Under the pieces are notes generated by a model. The model was not told the origin of the DNA. It made no database searches and saw only the letters and a program-made list of their open reading frames with translations. Both the position numbers and the translations under genes were made by a program. A stretch of DNA of 32,000 bases from Candidatus Saccharimonadota bacterium (GTDB lineage Bacteria > Patescibacteriota > Gracilibacteria > BD1-5 > UBA2023). The DNA is taken from contig JAXLZO010000001.1 in the NCBI GenBank assembly GCA_046350815.1, positions 420,001 through 452,000 of the forward strand, written 5' to 3'. Every line of letters begins with the position of its first letter. Position 1 is the stretch's first letter. This document shows positions 1 through 9,581 of the stretch, piece by piece.

Positions 1-578
1 AGTATTTGCATAGTCCTGCGGATTTCTTCTTCTCTGCCAATCACTGGATCAATCTTTCCTTTGCGTGCTTCTTCGACAAGATTGATGGTGTATTTTTCGA
101 GCGCCTGATATTTTGATTCGCTCTCTGGACTATCAGCTTTTTGACCCTGGCGAAGCTCTTGGATCATTTTTTCTACTTTTTTCTCTTCGATCTGATACTT
201 CATAAATATCTCCTTGAGAGATCGGGCTCGTCGTAGAGTGGCGAGAAAGAGATGCTCTTCGGTGATGTAGTTATCACCCATTGATTTCATGATTTTTTCA
301 GCTTCTGCGATGACTTCTATGAGCTCTGATGACAGGGTTGTTTGAGGATCTCATTCGGATTGTGGCAGCTTTGTGAGTTGTGTTGTAACCTGCTGTATAA
401 GATTCGCTATATCTATACCAATTTTTTGGAGTATATGCTGTATAAGTGAGTCAGAGTCATCAAGAATAGCTCTGAGAAGATGAATGGGTTCAACGGTGGT
501 ATTTCTCTCACCGATCGCGAGCATCTGTGCTGATTCGAGGCGACTTCGTGCTTGCGATGTAAATTTTTCGATATTCAT
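1..578 (-). CDS. clpB: ClpB-type AAA+ disaggregase, N-terminal ~192 codons (partial, continues past window start)
   Basis: Track ORF 351..578 (MNIEKFTSQARSRLESAQMLAIGERNTTVEPIHLLRAIL, Clp_N-like) continues in frame through TGA at 351-353: ...LPQSE-G-DPQTTLSSELIEVIAEAEKIMKSMGDNYITEEHLFLATL...GKIDPVIGREEEIRRTMQI. The last stretch is the conserved DPVIGR(D/E)EEIRR segment before Walker A. Confidence 0.9.
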
Positions 579-594
579 ATGTGTGAAATTAATA

Positions 595-633
595 TTAGCA
601 CTTGAATTATATATGTGCTAATATTTGAGTCAA
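595..633 (-). promoter_or_regulatory. CIRCE-like HrcA operator overlapping the clpB promoter
   Basis: 595-621 = TTAGCACTT-N9-ATGTGCTAA (consensus TTAGCACTC-N9-GAGTGCTAA). On the minus strand, TTGACT (628-633), a 16-nt spacer and TATAAT (606-611) place the -10 box inside the CIRCE spacer. The clpB ATG is at 578. Confidence 0.75.
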
Positions 634-687
634 GAGATTTTTCATCACGTGTAATTTATATTAAATCAAAATATATATTATTGACAA

Positions 688-715
688 TATTATATAATAA
701 TTATTATATAATAAT
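688..715. repeat. Perfect tandem duplication 2 x TATTATATAATAAT in the clpB / ORF734 divergent intergenic region
   Basis: 688-701 and 702-715 are identical 14-mers, each containing TATAAT. TTGACA lies at 681-686. This is probably the promoter region for the + strand gene at 734. Confidence 0.6.
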
Positions 716-733
716 ATATTTTTCTCGATATTT

Positions 734-2722
734 ATGAATCAAATAAAACCATTGGATACACCGCCAGATGATATAGGTATTCCTCCTGATTCGCTTGAGT
801 CACGTGCGAATCAAATGTATGAATATATCTTGAATATTTATAGCAATCTTGATCTGACTAATTTTTATCAGCATATTGATGATCTTTCTCAAAGAATTTT
901 CCTGTCTGATGAAGAGAAAAAGGTGGCATTGCCGTATATTCTCAATAAAATAACTCAAAAAGTTATTACGGAATATAGTCAAAAAAATATTGTTTTAGCA
1001 TCCTGAAATATTATAGCACATCCAAAGCAATTTTTAATTATTGCGTTAAGTCAGATGTTGATTGAGGCTATTTTTGATCAAGAATCAGCTACTTTTGATC
1101 TCCTTGCTTTAGATAAGGCCTCTTTGTCTTGAGTACAATTAAGCTATTTAAGTATTGTAAAGCATCTCGCTCTTCTTAGTTGAAATAATAGTAGTGAAGA
1201 ACTTTTTATAAATCAAACTGAAGTATGATCAGAATTTTTTTGATTAACTTTAGAACTCTATCCTCTTTGATCACCTCAGCGAAGCCCTGGTTATTGGATT
1301 GATATGTTCCAAAAGTTACAAGGAAATCGGCGAGAATTCCTTAAATCCGTGCCATTTATATGGTGAGAAAAAGAATTTCGATCCTGTGTTCAACGATGAT
1401 TTAACCAATCACATGTACGTATCAATGGAAAGCAGTATAAAGTAAATGAAAAAGCAAAGAGTGTCTGGGAAAAGTCATTGAAACAACAGAAAAAAATCGA
1501 AAATCAGGGATGGGAAAGACGGGTAGTTATAAATGATAACACACTAACGATACAAGCAGATAATAATCCTCAATGGTGCATCTATATGACCATGGATGAT
1601 GAGGGTCCATCTATAGAATATATTCCAACTTCAGATCATAATAAATTTCTTGCCTTTTCCTATAAACACAAATCAGAGTGATTAGTAAGTAGCGAAATAA
1701 GTCTGAACCGGACTATAACACAAAAACTAGATAAAGAAGAGTTGGATAAGAACATTAAGACTATTTTTTTGCATACTTTCATATCATATGATCGATTCTT
1801 TGATGAACAAATTTTTGCAACTTCATTGGATAATCTGAGAAAATTCGATATGTGAGAATCTACTCAAACAAGGCTCGCAAACTCGGTCGTTGAGAGTGCC
1901 TCACACAATGCAACAACACTCATAAATAAAGTCTTTATTGATCCGAAACAACATCATACAGACATTGCACACTCACTTTGACTCGATATCGTTGATCACG
2001 GTAATGATATTGGGATGGCCGAAGGAGTGATAGCAATGCCCCATCTACGATATAAGAGTCAAAATGGAGAGAGCAGTCTTCACTATCTTCCCAAGATAGC
2101 ATGGTTGATTGATCTACTCAAAGATATTATCCCAAGAAACGAACATGGAAAAATCACAGCATATACACTCCCCTCGAGCCCCTATGTTTTTATCTATACC
2201 AATACAGGTACCATTTTTATCTCTGATGTAGACAATATTGCAACCCAAGTGTTTGCACAGAAAGTTGATCCGAGTTTTATAAATACCGATTTTTCATTTT
2301 CAGCACTATGAGGGCTTTTTTGACCACTAACATCCATTAAAAACAATTTTGAAGAAGTTATATCTGATGAAAAGGCCGAGAGTTGGGCTAAGAATATTGT
2401 TGATGCGCTTGCAAAGAAAGATGGATACTTCCCAGACCTCATGAGCGATGGGCAGCCTCGTTGGTGAATAAATCTGCGTGCTTTGTATCATTCATGAGAA
2501 ATGACAAAGAAAAATTTTGCAACACCAATAGCACTGAAACAGTTTCTTGAGAACTATAACAGGATAATCCTCCTTCGAAGTGATATAACTATAAAACAAA
2601 AGCAAGATCTCTCTGTGGTAAATTCACGCGGATGAGTTCCTAATACTCAATCCCTTATCAATGCACTTTGAGGTCATTCCTTCTTTACCTCGTATCATGG
2701 TCATGCACCGTTTTTCTCATAA
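734..2722 (+). CDS. Hypothetical protein, 662 aa (code 25), no recognisable domain
   Basis: Track fragments 734..1006, 1478..1681 and 2015..2311 share one frame. I walked 1007-1478 codon by codon and read the rest of 734..2722 through in the same frame, finding 17 in-frame TGA and no TAA/TAG. The ORF ends at TAA 2720-2722. Confidence 0.7.
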
Positions 2723-3073
2723 TATTTTGATACCCTTCTTTCAAATAATGTAGAATATAAAGATGCTCTCTATGAAAGATTGCGTTCAAAGAATAAAGTG
2801 AAATCTTTAGTGGAAAATTGGATCAGTGAACTCAAAAATTGAGTGAGAACCATATCAGAGAATCAACTTCATCAACTTTTTTCTACAGATACACACGTTA
2901 AAAAATCAATGAGAAAAGAGCTCGATGTGCCTTTTGGGCTTCTCACGAGCACAAGCTGGATCATTGCTCTCGGTTATGATCCGGAACAATGTATACAATG
3001 AGAAACCCCAGAAGTATGTCTTCGTAGAATTCTCATTCAGGAGAATATTATTCCTGGACCAAAATGATTGTAA
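2723..3073 (+). CDS. 116 further sense codons in the same frame directly after TAA 2720: either the interrupted C-terminus of the 734 ORF or a small separate gene
   Basis: Frame stays open from 2723 to TAA 3071-3073 (YFDTLLSNNVEYKDALYERLRSKNKVKSLVENWISELKNGVRT...IIPGPKGL). Possible internal starts are TTG 2780, GTG 2798 and ATG 2909. The only terminator hairpin follows at 3089. Confidence 0.4.
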
Positions 3074-3088
3074 AACAACTCTTCGTAT

Positions 3089-3132
3089 AGAAAACATACC
3101 TCTTTCATAGAATTGTTAGAGGTATGTTTTCT
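3089..3132 (+). terminator. Hairpin terminator after the 734..3073 unit
   Basis: Perfect 15-bp stem AGAAAACATACCTCT (3089-3103) / AGAGGTATGTTTTCT (3118-3132) with a 14-nt loop and a T-rich 3' arm. Confidence 0.7.
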
Positions 3133-3135
3133 ATA

Positions 3136-3171
3136 CTAATAATATTAAAAATATATTTTTAATATTATTAG
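3136..3171. repeat. 36-bp perfect AT-only-core palindrome
   Basis: CTAATAATATTAAAAATA|TATTTTTAATATTATTAG: the right half is the exact reverse complement of the left. It lies between the 3089 terminator and the -35 box of the 3249 gene. Confidence 0.9.
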
Positions 3172-3199
3172 TTGATTTGCAAATAAAGTTATGTACAAT
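3172..3199 (+). promoter_or_regulatory. Sigma70-like promoter of the GC-rich orphan gene
   Basis: TTGATT (3172-3177), a 16-nt spacer, then TG-n-TACAAT (TACAAT 3194-3199, TG at 3192-3193). A purine-rich GAGGAAGAG lies 6 nt upstream of ATG 3249. Confidence 0.55.
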
Positions 3200-3248
3200 A
3201 AAAAACATACCATTCGGTAGCAATTTTTGCACATGAGGAAGAGCAAAA

Positions 3249-4121
3249 ATGAACAAACAAACCGTATTTCTTTTCCCCAGAGGGATCAGGATGCAGCTGA
3301 GCGATGCACTTGCTCAAAACTACGCCATGTCGTTCAAAGCGATTTGTAAGTGCTCTACCATGGAGACGCGTGTGCTCAGCATTTTTGCTGATCATGCTAC
3401 GTTTTTGGCAGAAAAAATTCATATTATGGAACGGTCGAAGGGTCGTCTCTCAAGGGATCGTCCCATAATGGTCTCTGACCAGTCGCCCGTGTTGTATGTG
3501 TGGACAGGACAGGGGAGGCAAGCCTTCGAAGTTCATTTATCGTCCGAGGAGTATGGGCGTGCAACTTGCAGATCTCCTGAGGATATTGCTACCTTGTCAG
3601 CTGAACCAACCCCCTTCGTGACCACAGCAGAACCTGAAGGAACCAAAGAGGTTGAGGTTTTGGATCCTGAGATGGTTCGTTGTCTTTTGGCTTTCAAAAA
3701 AGGGCTTCAATCGCCACGTCAGGTATCGGTAACGGTTGCTCGTTGTCAGGAGGCCATTGCTGCACATGATCATCTGAATGTTGTTTCACTCTACCAGCAG
3801 TGGTTTGTGAATATGATGGTGGCTATTCAGCCTCATACGAGTGCAAATATAGCTCGTGTTCGGATTGATCACGACCGTCTTGAAGCCTTGCTCATCCGAG
3901 CTGGGTATGCATTCAATAGTCAGGGCTATCTGATAGCTTCAGGCGATCCAAACTTACCAGCGTTTGAGCAGCTTCCACCAACCATCGTTCAGGAAAGTCA
4001 AGATCAGTGGGTAGGTACTGATGTGGCTTCAAGGTCACCTCTGCTTGCTCTGCTACCAGAAGGTTGCGCTGATCCGGTAGGGTATCTGACTGATTTTTTT
4101 AATCAGATGCTCGTCAAGTAA
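3249..4121 (+). CDS. Orphan hypothetical protein, 290 aa, compositionally foreign (about 50% GC, GC-rich third positions, no in-frame TGA)
   Basis: Intact ORF even under the standard code. A sampled 100-nt stretch (3471-3570) counts 56% GC against the mid-30s % of neighbours. All ~13 Gly codons are GGN. Ends in TAA, followed by a terminator at 4155. An alternative start is ATG 3291. Confidence 0.7.
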   Translation: MNKQTVFLFPRGIRMQLSDALAQNYAMSFKAICKCSTMETRVLSIFADHATFLAEKIHIMERSKGRLSRDRPIMVSDQSPVLYVWTGQGRQAFEVHLSSEEYGRATCRSPEDIATLSAEPTPFVTTAEPEGTKEVEVLDPEMVRCLLAFKKGLQSPRQVSVTVARCQEAIAAHDHLNVVSLYQQWFVNMMVAIQPHTSANIARVRIDHDRLEALLIRAGYAFNSQGYLIASGDPNLPAFEQLPPTIVQESQDQWVGTDVASRSPLLALLPEGCADPVGYLTDFFNQMLVK

Positions 4122-4154
4122 AATTACAAATCAAATCAAAAAGAGGACCAATTT

Positions 4155-4186
4155 AAAACTCCGCTTTCCATGGGAAGCGGAGTTTT
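4155..4186. terminator. Bidirectional hairpin terminator between convergent genes
   Basis: AAAACTCCGCTT (4155-4166) / AAGCGGAGTTTT (4175-4186) are exact complements. An A-run precedes and a T-run follows, so it can serve both the 3249 (+) and 6250 (-) genes. Confidence 0.8.
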
Positions 4187-4207
4187 TCGTGATGTTGGAT
4201 ATCCGAT

Positions 4208-6250
4208 CTATTTTGCTATTTTTCCATCGCCGGTGCTATCTCCGTATTCAACTTGGGTTAACACTATTTTTACATATTTCGCTTCGAGTTCCGAATCTCT
4301 TGCTGGTCGAAATTCTATAGTTGCACTCGTATTTTTCGGAAGAATTCAAAAGTTTCATCCGTTAATATTGAGGTCTCCTGTATGATTCACAAAATTTTGA
4401 ATGAATTTGCCGTTCATGTAGAGATCAATGCTTACTTTTTTAGCACCAGGATTATTTGCAGAGATGGTAAATGAACTAGTATAAGGTGATACATCATCAA
4501 ACGTTTGATATTTCCATGCTCAAAGAGATCCGCTATTGGTGCTGGAAGGTTGTGTAATACCAGATATTTGAGTCATTTTGAGAGATGCTTGAACTGGTGC
4601 TGGTGTAGTGATGATTGGCTTGAAGGCTACAACATTTGATGGAAAATATACTTCATGAGTTCCACCACCAGAGCTACCTTCCAGATCATTTTCACTCACA
4701 GACTTGAGAATAAGTTTTACCGTTCCGCTGTATGTATTTGGGGCAATTACTGTCACAGAAACAGGAGCATTCTGATACTTTTCAAGATTGAAGCCGCTAC
4801 CAAGAGTACTTGCCCCATTGCGTACATCGATAATTTCACCATTTGCCCGGGTTGTCAGGATGAAGTCTGACTTTTTTGCTGATGGATTACTCAATACAAG
4901 CACTACATCGTGACCACTGATATTGAGTTTTGTTTGTCCGTTGTTCGTGATAGTATAGCTGAGAAGTTTTGTTTCTTCTCAAGCATACGCTGTAAATGTA
5001 CCGAGACTGAGTGAATGGTCCTTGAGACTGATATATGGTTTGTTTATTACGGGAAGATTAGGTGCTTTTCTCGAATAAATCTCACTATCATTCCACACAC
5101 ATCGAATGGATGATTGAGGATTACTATTAGCGTTGAGAAGACAATTTTTGAGTGCTTCTGATTTGGTGATTGATTCTGTAGTGATGAAGATTTTTTCATT
5201 CAAATATCCTCTATAGAGACGCTTTATAGCTTCTTCTTTATAGATGGTAATATCATTCCATATACACTCAATAGTGGTGTCCTGGTATTTACTTCGATCT
5301 CTTTGACAATAATAATCAGCACTTGATCTGGTGATACTGGAAAATCGAGATTTTTCTATCCCATCTACAACTAATCGATATGTAGCTGTGACAGGAGTTG
5401 GTCTTGAGATCTGCACCATGACTCATCCAATGAATTGCATCGCGTTTGCATTGTCACCACAGAAGTAGTATGCGCTCGTAACACTTGCATTAATCGTCAT
5501 ACATTCTTTTGTTGTGAAAAAAGAATATGTGGAATGTTCTTCAAAAAAAGCAGGATTTTTTGGCTGTATTATGAGATCAAATGTTTTACTGTTTCCATTG
5601 TATATATTTCGCTCATCTCCAATGAAACTGAGAATAACATGATTATCAGAATTGATAGACGCTTGCGTGGTCACACGAACACCATTATATTCTAACCATA
5701 CTGATTCAATATTACGAGCGGAACCATATCATGTGCGCAATAGATTGATGGTAGTAGGTTCTGTCGTGCCATTGTAGGATGTAACACGAATCGATCCTAC
5801 TTTTGTAGCATCTCACGATCGAAGATATCTGACTCATCCATTTGTCGTACTTACTTCAAATGTTGTCGGAATAACTGGTGGGGTAGGTATGACTGGCGGA
5901 GTAATATCTGTGAGTTCATTAATGACGAGCTGATAAATAGCAGACAGTCGATAAGCACCGATTCGCTGAAATCGTGCGAGTTTGCGTTCAAGTTGAGCAA
6001 GAATATTTGGACGAATATCATCACCTTCACGATTGATCATGAGTTCATATCGATTGATGAGTCGATCTGCTGTTCGTTCATCACGAGCTGTCAGGGTATA
6101 GGCAAATGCCTGTTGTGTCATTCCAAGAAGGAGTATGACCGTTATAAGTATGCGATATATAGAAAGAAAGAAAAATAGAGTGCTTCTTAAAAGAGAAGGT
6201 CGTCTGTGAATTATATAAAAGTGGGAGGGGACGCAACAAACCTCACACAT
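4208..6250 (-). CDS. Large secreted hypothetical protein, 680 aa, with signal peptide, TPPVIP x2 linker and repeated Cys/W-N-D modules
   Basis: Track ORFs 5834..6250, 5423..5674, 4979..5419 and 4520..4903 share one frame. I walked all gaps and the tail 4519-4208 and found only TGA until TAG 4208-4210. The N-terminus ...LFFFLSIYRILITVILLLGMTQQAFA|YTL resembles a signal peptide. Internal repeat: DTTIECIWNDITIY / QSSIRCVWNDSEIY. The ATG 6250 start is uncertain. Confidence 0.7.
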
Positions 6251-6385
6251 TCTTCATAAAATCTTCAGATAAACCTCAGGTTTCATTTTGTCAATAGTTG
6301 CCACTGGTCTCATATCCATTTCAGAATATATATTTGACATATGTATATATTTATGTTTTAATAATCATGTCAATAACCAATAACC

Positions 6386-6838
6386 ATGACGCATCGAACA
6401 ACATGAATTTTTCACTCAATCGTAGCTGAAAAAGAAAATTATCGTACATCTGTAGAATACAACAAGCTTATGAGTTTGTTGGACTATCCTGAATCTCGGT
6501 CTGCCGCACTCGAAACACTCGTTCATCAAGCTTCGAAATCAGGCTATGAGGAGGTGCAAATGCAAGCAATGGCTGCACTCGCAACACAAGTGGAACTACC
6601 AAAATACATTCTTGATCAAATTACAGCCCTTGTTTATCAAGAATCAAATCTCAATGTTCAGATGGCAGTAATTGAACTTCTCTCATGACATGGGTCTCAT
6701 GTACGTATAGCATTTCATATTCTCAAAGATATGATCCATGATTGACTCTCTCGTGATGAGTGATATATGCTTTCGTGACTCTACAAAAAAATGAAAATGC
6801 AATATTTTTCCGACCAAAGGGAGCTTGCTCTTTTGTAA
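6386..6838 (+). CDS. Small helical-repeat (HEAT/ARM-like?) hypothetical protein, 150 aa
   Basis: ATG 6386 follows an in-frame TAA at 6374. The ORF contains track ORF 6470..6688 and reads through 5 TGA (6404, 6686, 6740, 6755, 6773) to TAA 6836-6838. Sequence includes ...ALETLVHQASKSGYEEVQMQAMAALATQVELPKYILDQITALVYQESNLNVQMAVIELLSGHG... A TTGACA at 6334-6339 sits upstream. The domain call is weak. Confidence 0.55.
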
Positions 6839-6905
6839 GAGAAATAATCATTGATGTGACTCATCTTTTCCAGGTGAGTTTTTTTACACGTGCATAAAAA
6901 TCAAT

Positions 6906-7445
6906 ATGATGCATTCTATGCAACGAATCAACCAAAGTATTATTGAGTCACATCTCTTACATTCCCTCGGACTCTCTCGAAGTCGATCGGCACAAAATAC
7001 ATTTTCTCCTTGATATTTTGACCGAGATAGTATTGAAGTATATAATCCGACATTGCCGAGCGATCATATACTTTGGTCGCGTGGTGACGCTCCTTTGTTG
7101 AGTCGTTTTGATCAAAAAAAAGCACTTCATACATTTGAGATATACTGGAAACATGGATGACTTCAAGCTAACAAGATAGCAGTATCTCTTCTTAAGAATT
7201 GCCTAACAGAGTGGAATCAACGTCTTGTTCTAGAATCACTTTGGGTGGAATGATCTCTCGATAAAGAAAAGAAAATATTTTCTTCTTCGAGGACCCAGAT
7301 AGCTGCGGATATTGTATATCGTCAATCTTGCGCTCATCTTTGTTTTTTTTATGGAGCATCACAATGTATTATTCCAAAAGAATGGTTTGTGCCAGATAAC
7401 ACCACATCACTTTTCTCCCGTATCAGCACTTTTTTTCAGCGATAA
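6906..7445 (+). CDS. Hypothetical protein, 179 aa, translationally coupled to dprA
   Basis: I indexed all 180 codons: no TAA/TAG, 3 in-frame TGA (7011, 7158, 7251). Stop TAA 7443-7445 lies 2 nt before the dprA ATG 7448. This ORF is absent from the standard-code track, which instead shows short antisense ORFs. Confidence 0.55.
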
Positions 7446-7447
7446 TT

Positions 7448-8563
7448 ATGTCAGATCATACTCAAAAACATCTTCTCATTGCATATGCACTTCAAGTTGG
7501 CCTCACTCAACGTGATTTGGTTTCATACGCTTTGGTAGCTCTTGAGACACCTCTTGAGGCATGGCTTGTATCAAGTAGTATGAAGGAGGAGCGAAAAGAA
7601 AATATACGAGAGAATAGCGCGAAGACTTCGATGCAGGTGATTGAGGATGTTGTCGAAAAAGGATATTTGATTCTTCTGCGGTGAGACGATGCTTATCCGC
7701 AATCACTTGCATCGCTTTCTCATCCTCCTGAGATGCTTTGGGCACGTGGGAATGTGAGCCTCCTCAATACTCCCTCGATTGCGATTGTCGGATCACGCAA
7801 ACCGACCCAATATACACAACGATCTCTTGATATAATTATCCCAAATCTTGTTGATGCGGGATATACAATTGTTTCTGGTGGTGCACTTGGTGCGGATACG
7901 ATCGCTCATGAGGTTGCTCTGAAATGTGGTTGATCAACGATTGCTGTCTTTGGTACAGGGATCGATCGATCCTATCCAGCATCCAATCGAGCACTCTTTA
8001 CGCGTATTCTTGAGAGCGGAAGTCTCATTATCTCGCAATTTCCGCTTGGTACTCAAGGGATTGCATACAATTTCCCAATACGAAATGAGATCGTCGCCTG
8101 ACTATCTCTCGGACTTCTTGTGACAGAGGCAGCTGAAGAGTCATGATCTCTCATTACTGCAAATCTTGCACTTGAATCGAATAAAGAAGTATTCGCTCTT
8201 CCATGATTCATAGATCACAGTGGAAGCTCTGGGGCAAATCGCTTGATTCAAAAATGACATGCAAAATTGATTCTCAATGCAGAGGATATTCTCGTAGAGA
8301 TTGAGCGTGAGAGAGGGATTATGAAACCAACAGCTAAATGAGGTGTCTCCTGAAATAAAAAAACTAACTCCTTACAAAGTAAAAGAGAGAACTTAAGTGA
8401 GATTCATAGGTGAATCTATGATGCTATATCGGCTGGTGCAGTCCACATGGATATGATCTCTCAGGAAACAAATATAGATATTTCCTCACTCTTTGCACAT
8501 ATGGCAGAGCTCGAAATTGCCGGAATTATTACTCAATGACCTTGATGATATGTTCTCTCCTAA
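7448..8563 (+). CDS. dprA: DNA-processing protein DprA (Rossmann-like DprA domain plus C-terminal winged helix), 371 aa
   Basis: Fragments 7448..7684 and 7733..7933 plus the downstream sequence lie in one frame. Motifs: ...IAIVGSRKPTQYT...[37 protein letters not shown]...[45 protein letters not shown]... There are 12 in-frame TGA and the stop is TAA 8561. Confidence 0.9.
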
Positions 8564-9581
8564 TACTCCCCGTGAGCTTGCGAAGCTCTTTGGTGAAACC
8601 AAGAAAATTATTCTCCTATGATCGGCTACTTGAGGCCATGTGATGCCTATTATTGCTTTTACAAAACATCTTCCTGACAAAGATTATATCTACATCACCG
8701 CTCCCGATTCCCTCGAGGAGAAAATGGCAAAGATGAATCATATATCGACAATCACTGCCCCCATCGAGCGACTCAGGGATACTTCTTGGACTGCAAAAAT
8801 TTGATATATATATTCTTTTCTACCGTTATTTTTTTGGGGAATACACAAGTTCTCTCTGCTCAAGAAACAATGATACTATCTCATTATGAGCAAGGGTTGA
8901 CCAGGATCTGTACCACTTTCTCTTGCTGGAAAAGTACTCTGAATGCAACTTGCTATCCATGAGTCTGACACAATCCCATGAAAAGCAAACCGATTGCTCG
9001 GAAAAATAGCTGATATTATCTTGCTTTGATATGACGATGCTTCAAGGTATTTTCCAGGAATGAATGCTCTTGTGATAGGACAAATTCTTGATCCGATATG
9101 GTATAAACATGCGGAACTCTCATCCGCTATCACATGGAAGACAAATCTTCGTCATATTCTGGTAATATGTGGATCACAAGGGTCTCGTGCGATTTTCGAA
9201 GAGCTTGCTCACACGATCGGTTCCATCGATGCTGAGTTCAAGATTATTCTCGGTACACTCAATCAAGATATGAAGTCCCAATTTATACAATATCCTCATG
9301 TAGAGACGATTGATTGGATCGAGAGTTCAGATTTACTTTTCGTCTTGCAAGATACGGATCTTGTTGTGACTCGATGATCAGCAACTACCCTCGCTGAGCT
9401 CTCAACATCCGCGGCACATTTTATTATTGTTCCACTTCCGGATGCTATGAATGATCATCAGTATCACAACGCTCTTTATTATGAGCGACTTGGTCATACC
9501 GTACTTCCTCAAACAGATCTCTCTCTCCTCTCACAAAAAATAAAATCCACACTTCTCCTCTTATGAAAATACAAAAAATAG
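8550..9581 (+). CDS. murG: MurG, UDP-GlcNAc:lipid I N-acetylglucosaminyltransferase, 343 aa
   Basis: Every codon 8550-9060 was indexed. Motifs: KIILL-G-SAT-G-GHVMP (GGTGGH), IMSKG-G-PGSVPLSLAGKVL-G-MQLAIHESD, C-terminal VVTR-G-SATTLAELS...IIVPLPDAMNDHQYHNA. Contains track ORF 9060..9377. Stop is TAG 9579. ATG 8550 overlaps the dprA end by 14 nt. Confidence 0.9.

Noticed and set aside
688-715. The tandem 14-mer and other AT-rich repeats as a CRISPR array or minisatellite
   Set aside because: There are only two copies with no spacers, located in a promoter region. I saw no repeat-spacer periodicity anywhere in the window.
3074-4207. The GC-rich segment as a mobile element or prophage remnant
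   Set aside because: I could find no integrase, transposase, tRNA attachment site or flanking direct repeats by eye. Only the compositional anomaly and the adjacent palindrome are reported.
4170-4385. 71-aa plus-strand ORF after the 3249 gene
   Set aside because: It starts inside the terminator hairpin and is antisense to the verified C-terminal part of the 680-aa secreted protein gene.
6940-7166. 64-aa and 69-aa minus-strand ORFs, a tempting small-protein or toxin-antitoxin-like pair
   Set aside because: They lie inside a 179-codon + strand ORF (6906..7445) that is free of TAA/TAG and ends 2 nt before the dprA start. I prefer the + strand gene, but this is not certain.
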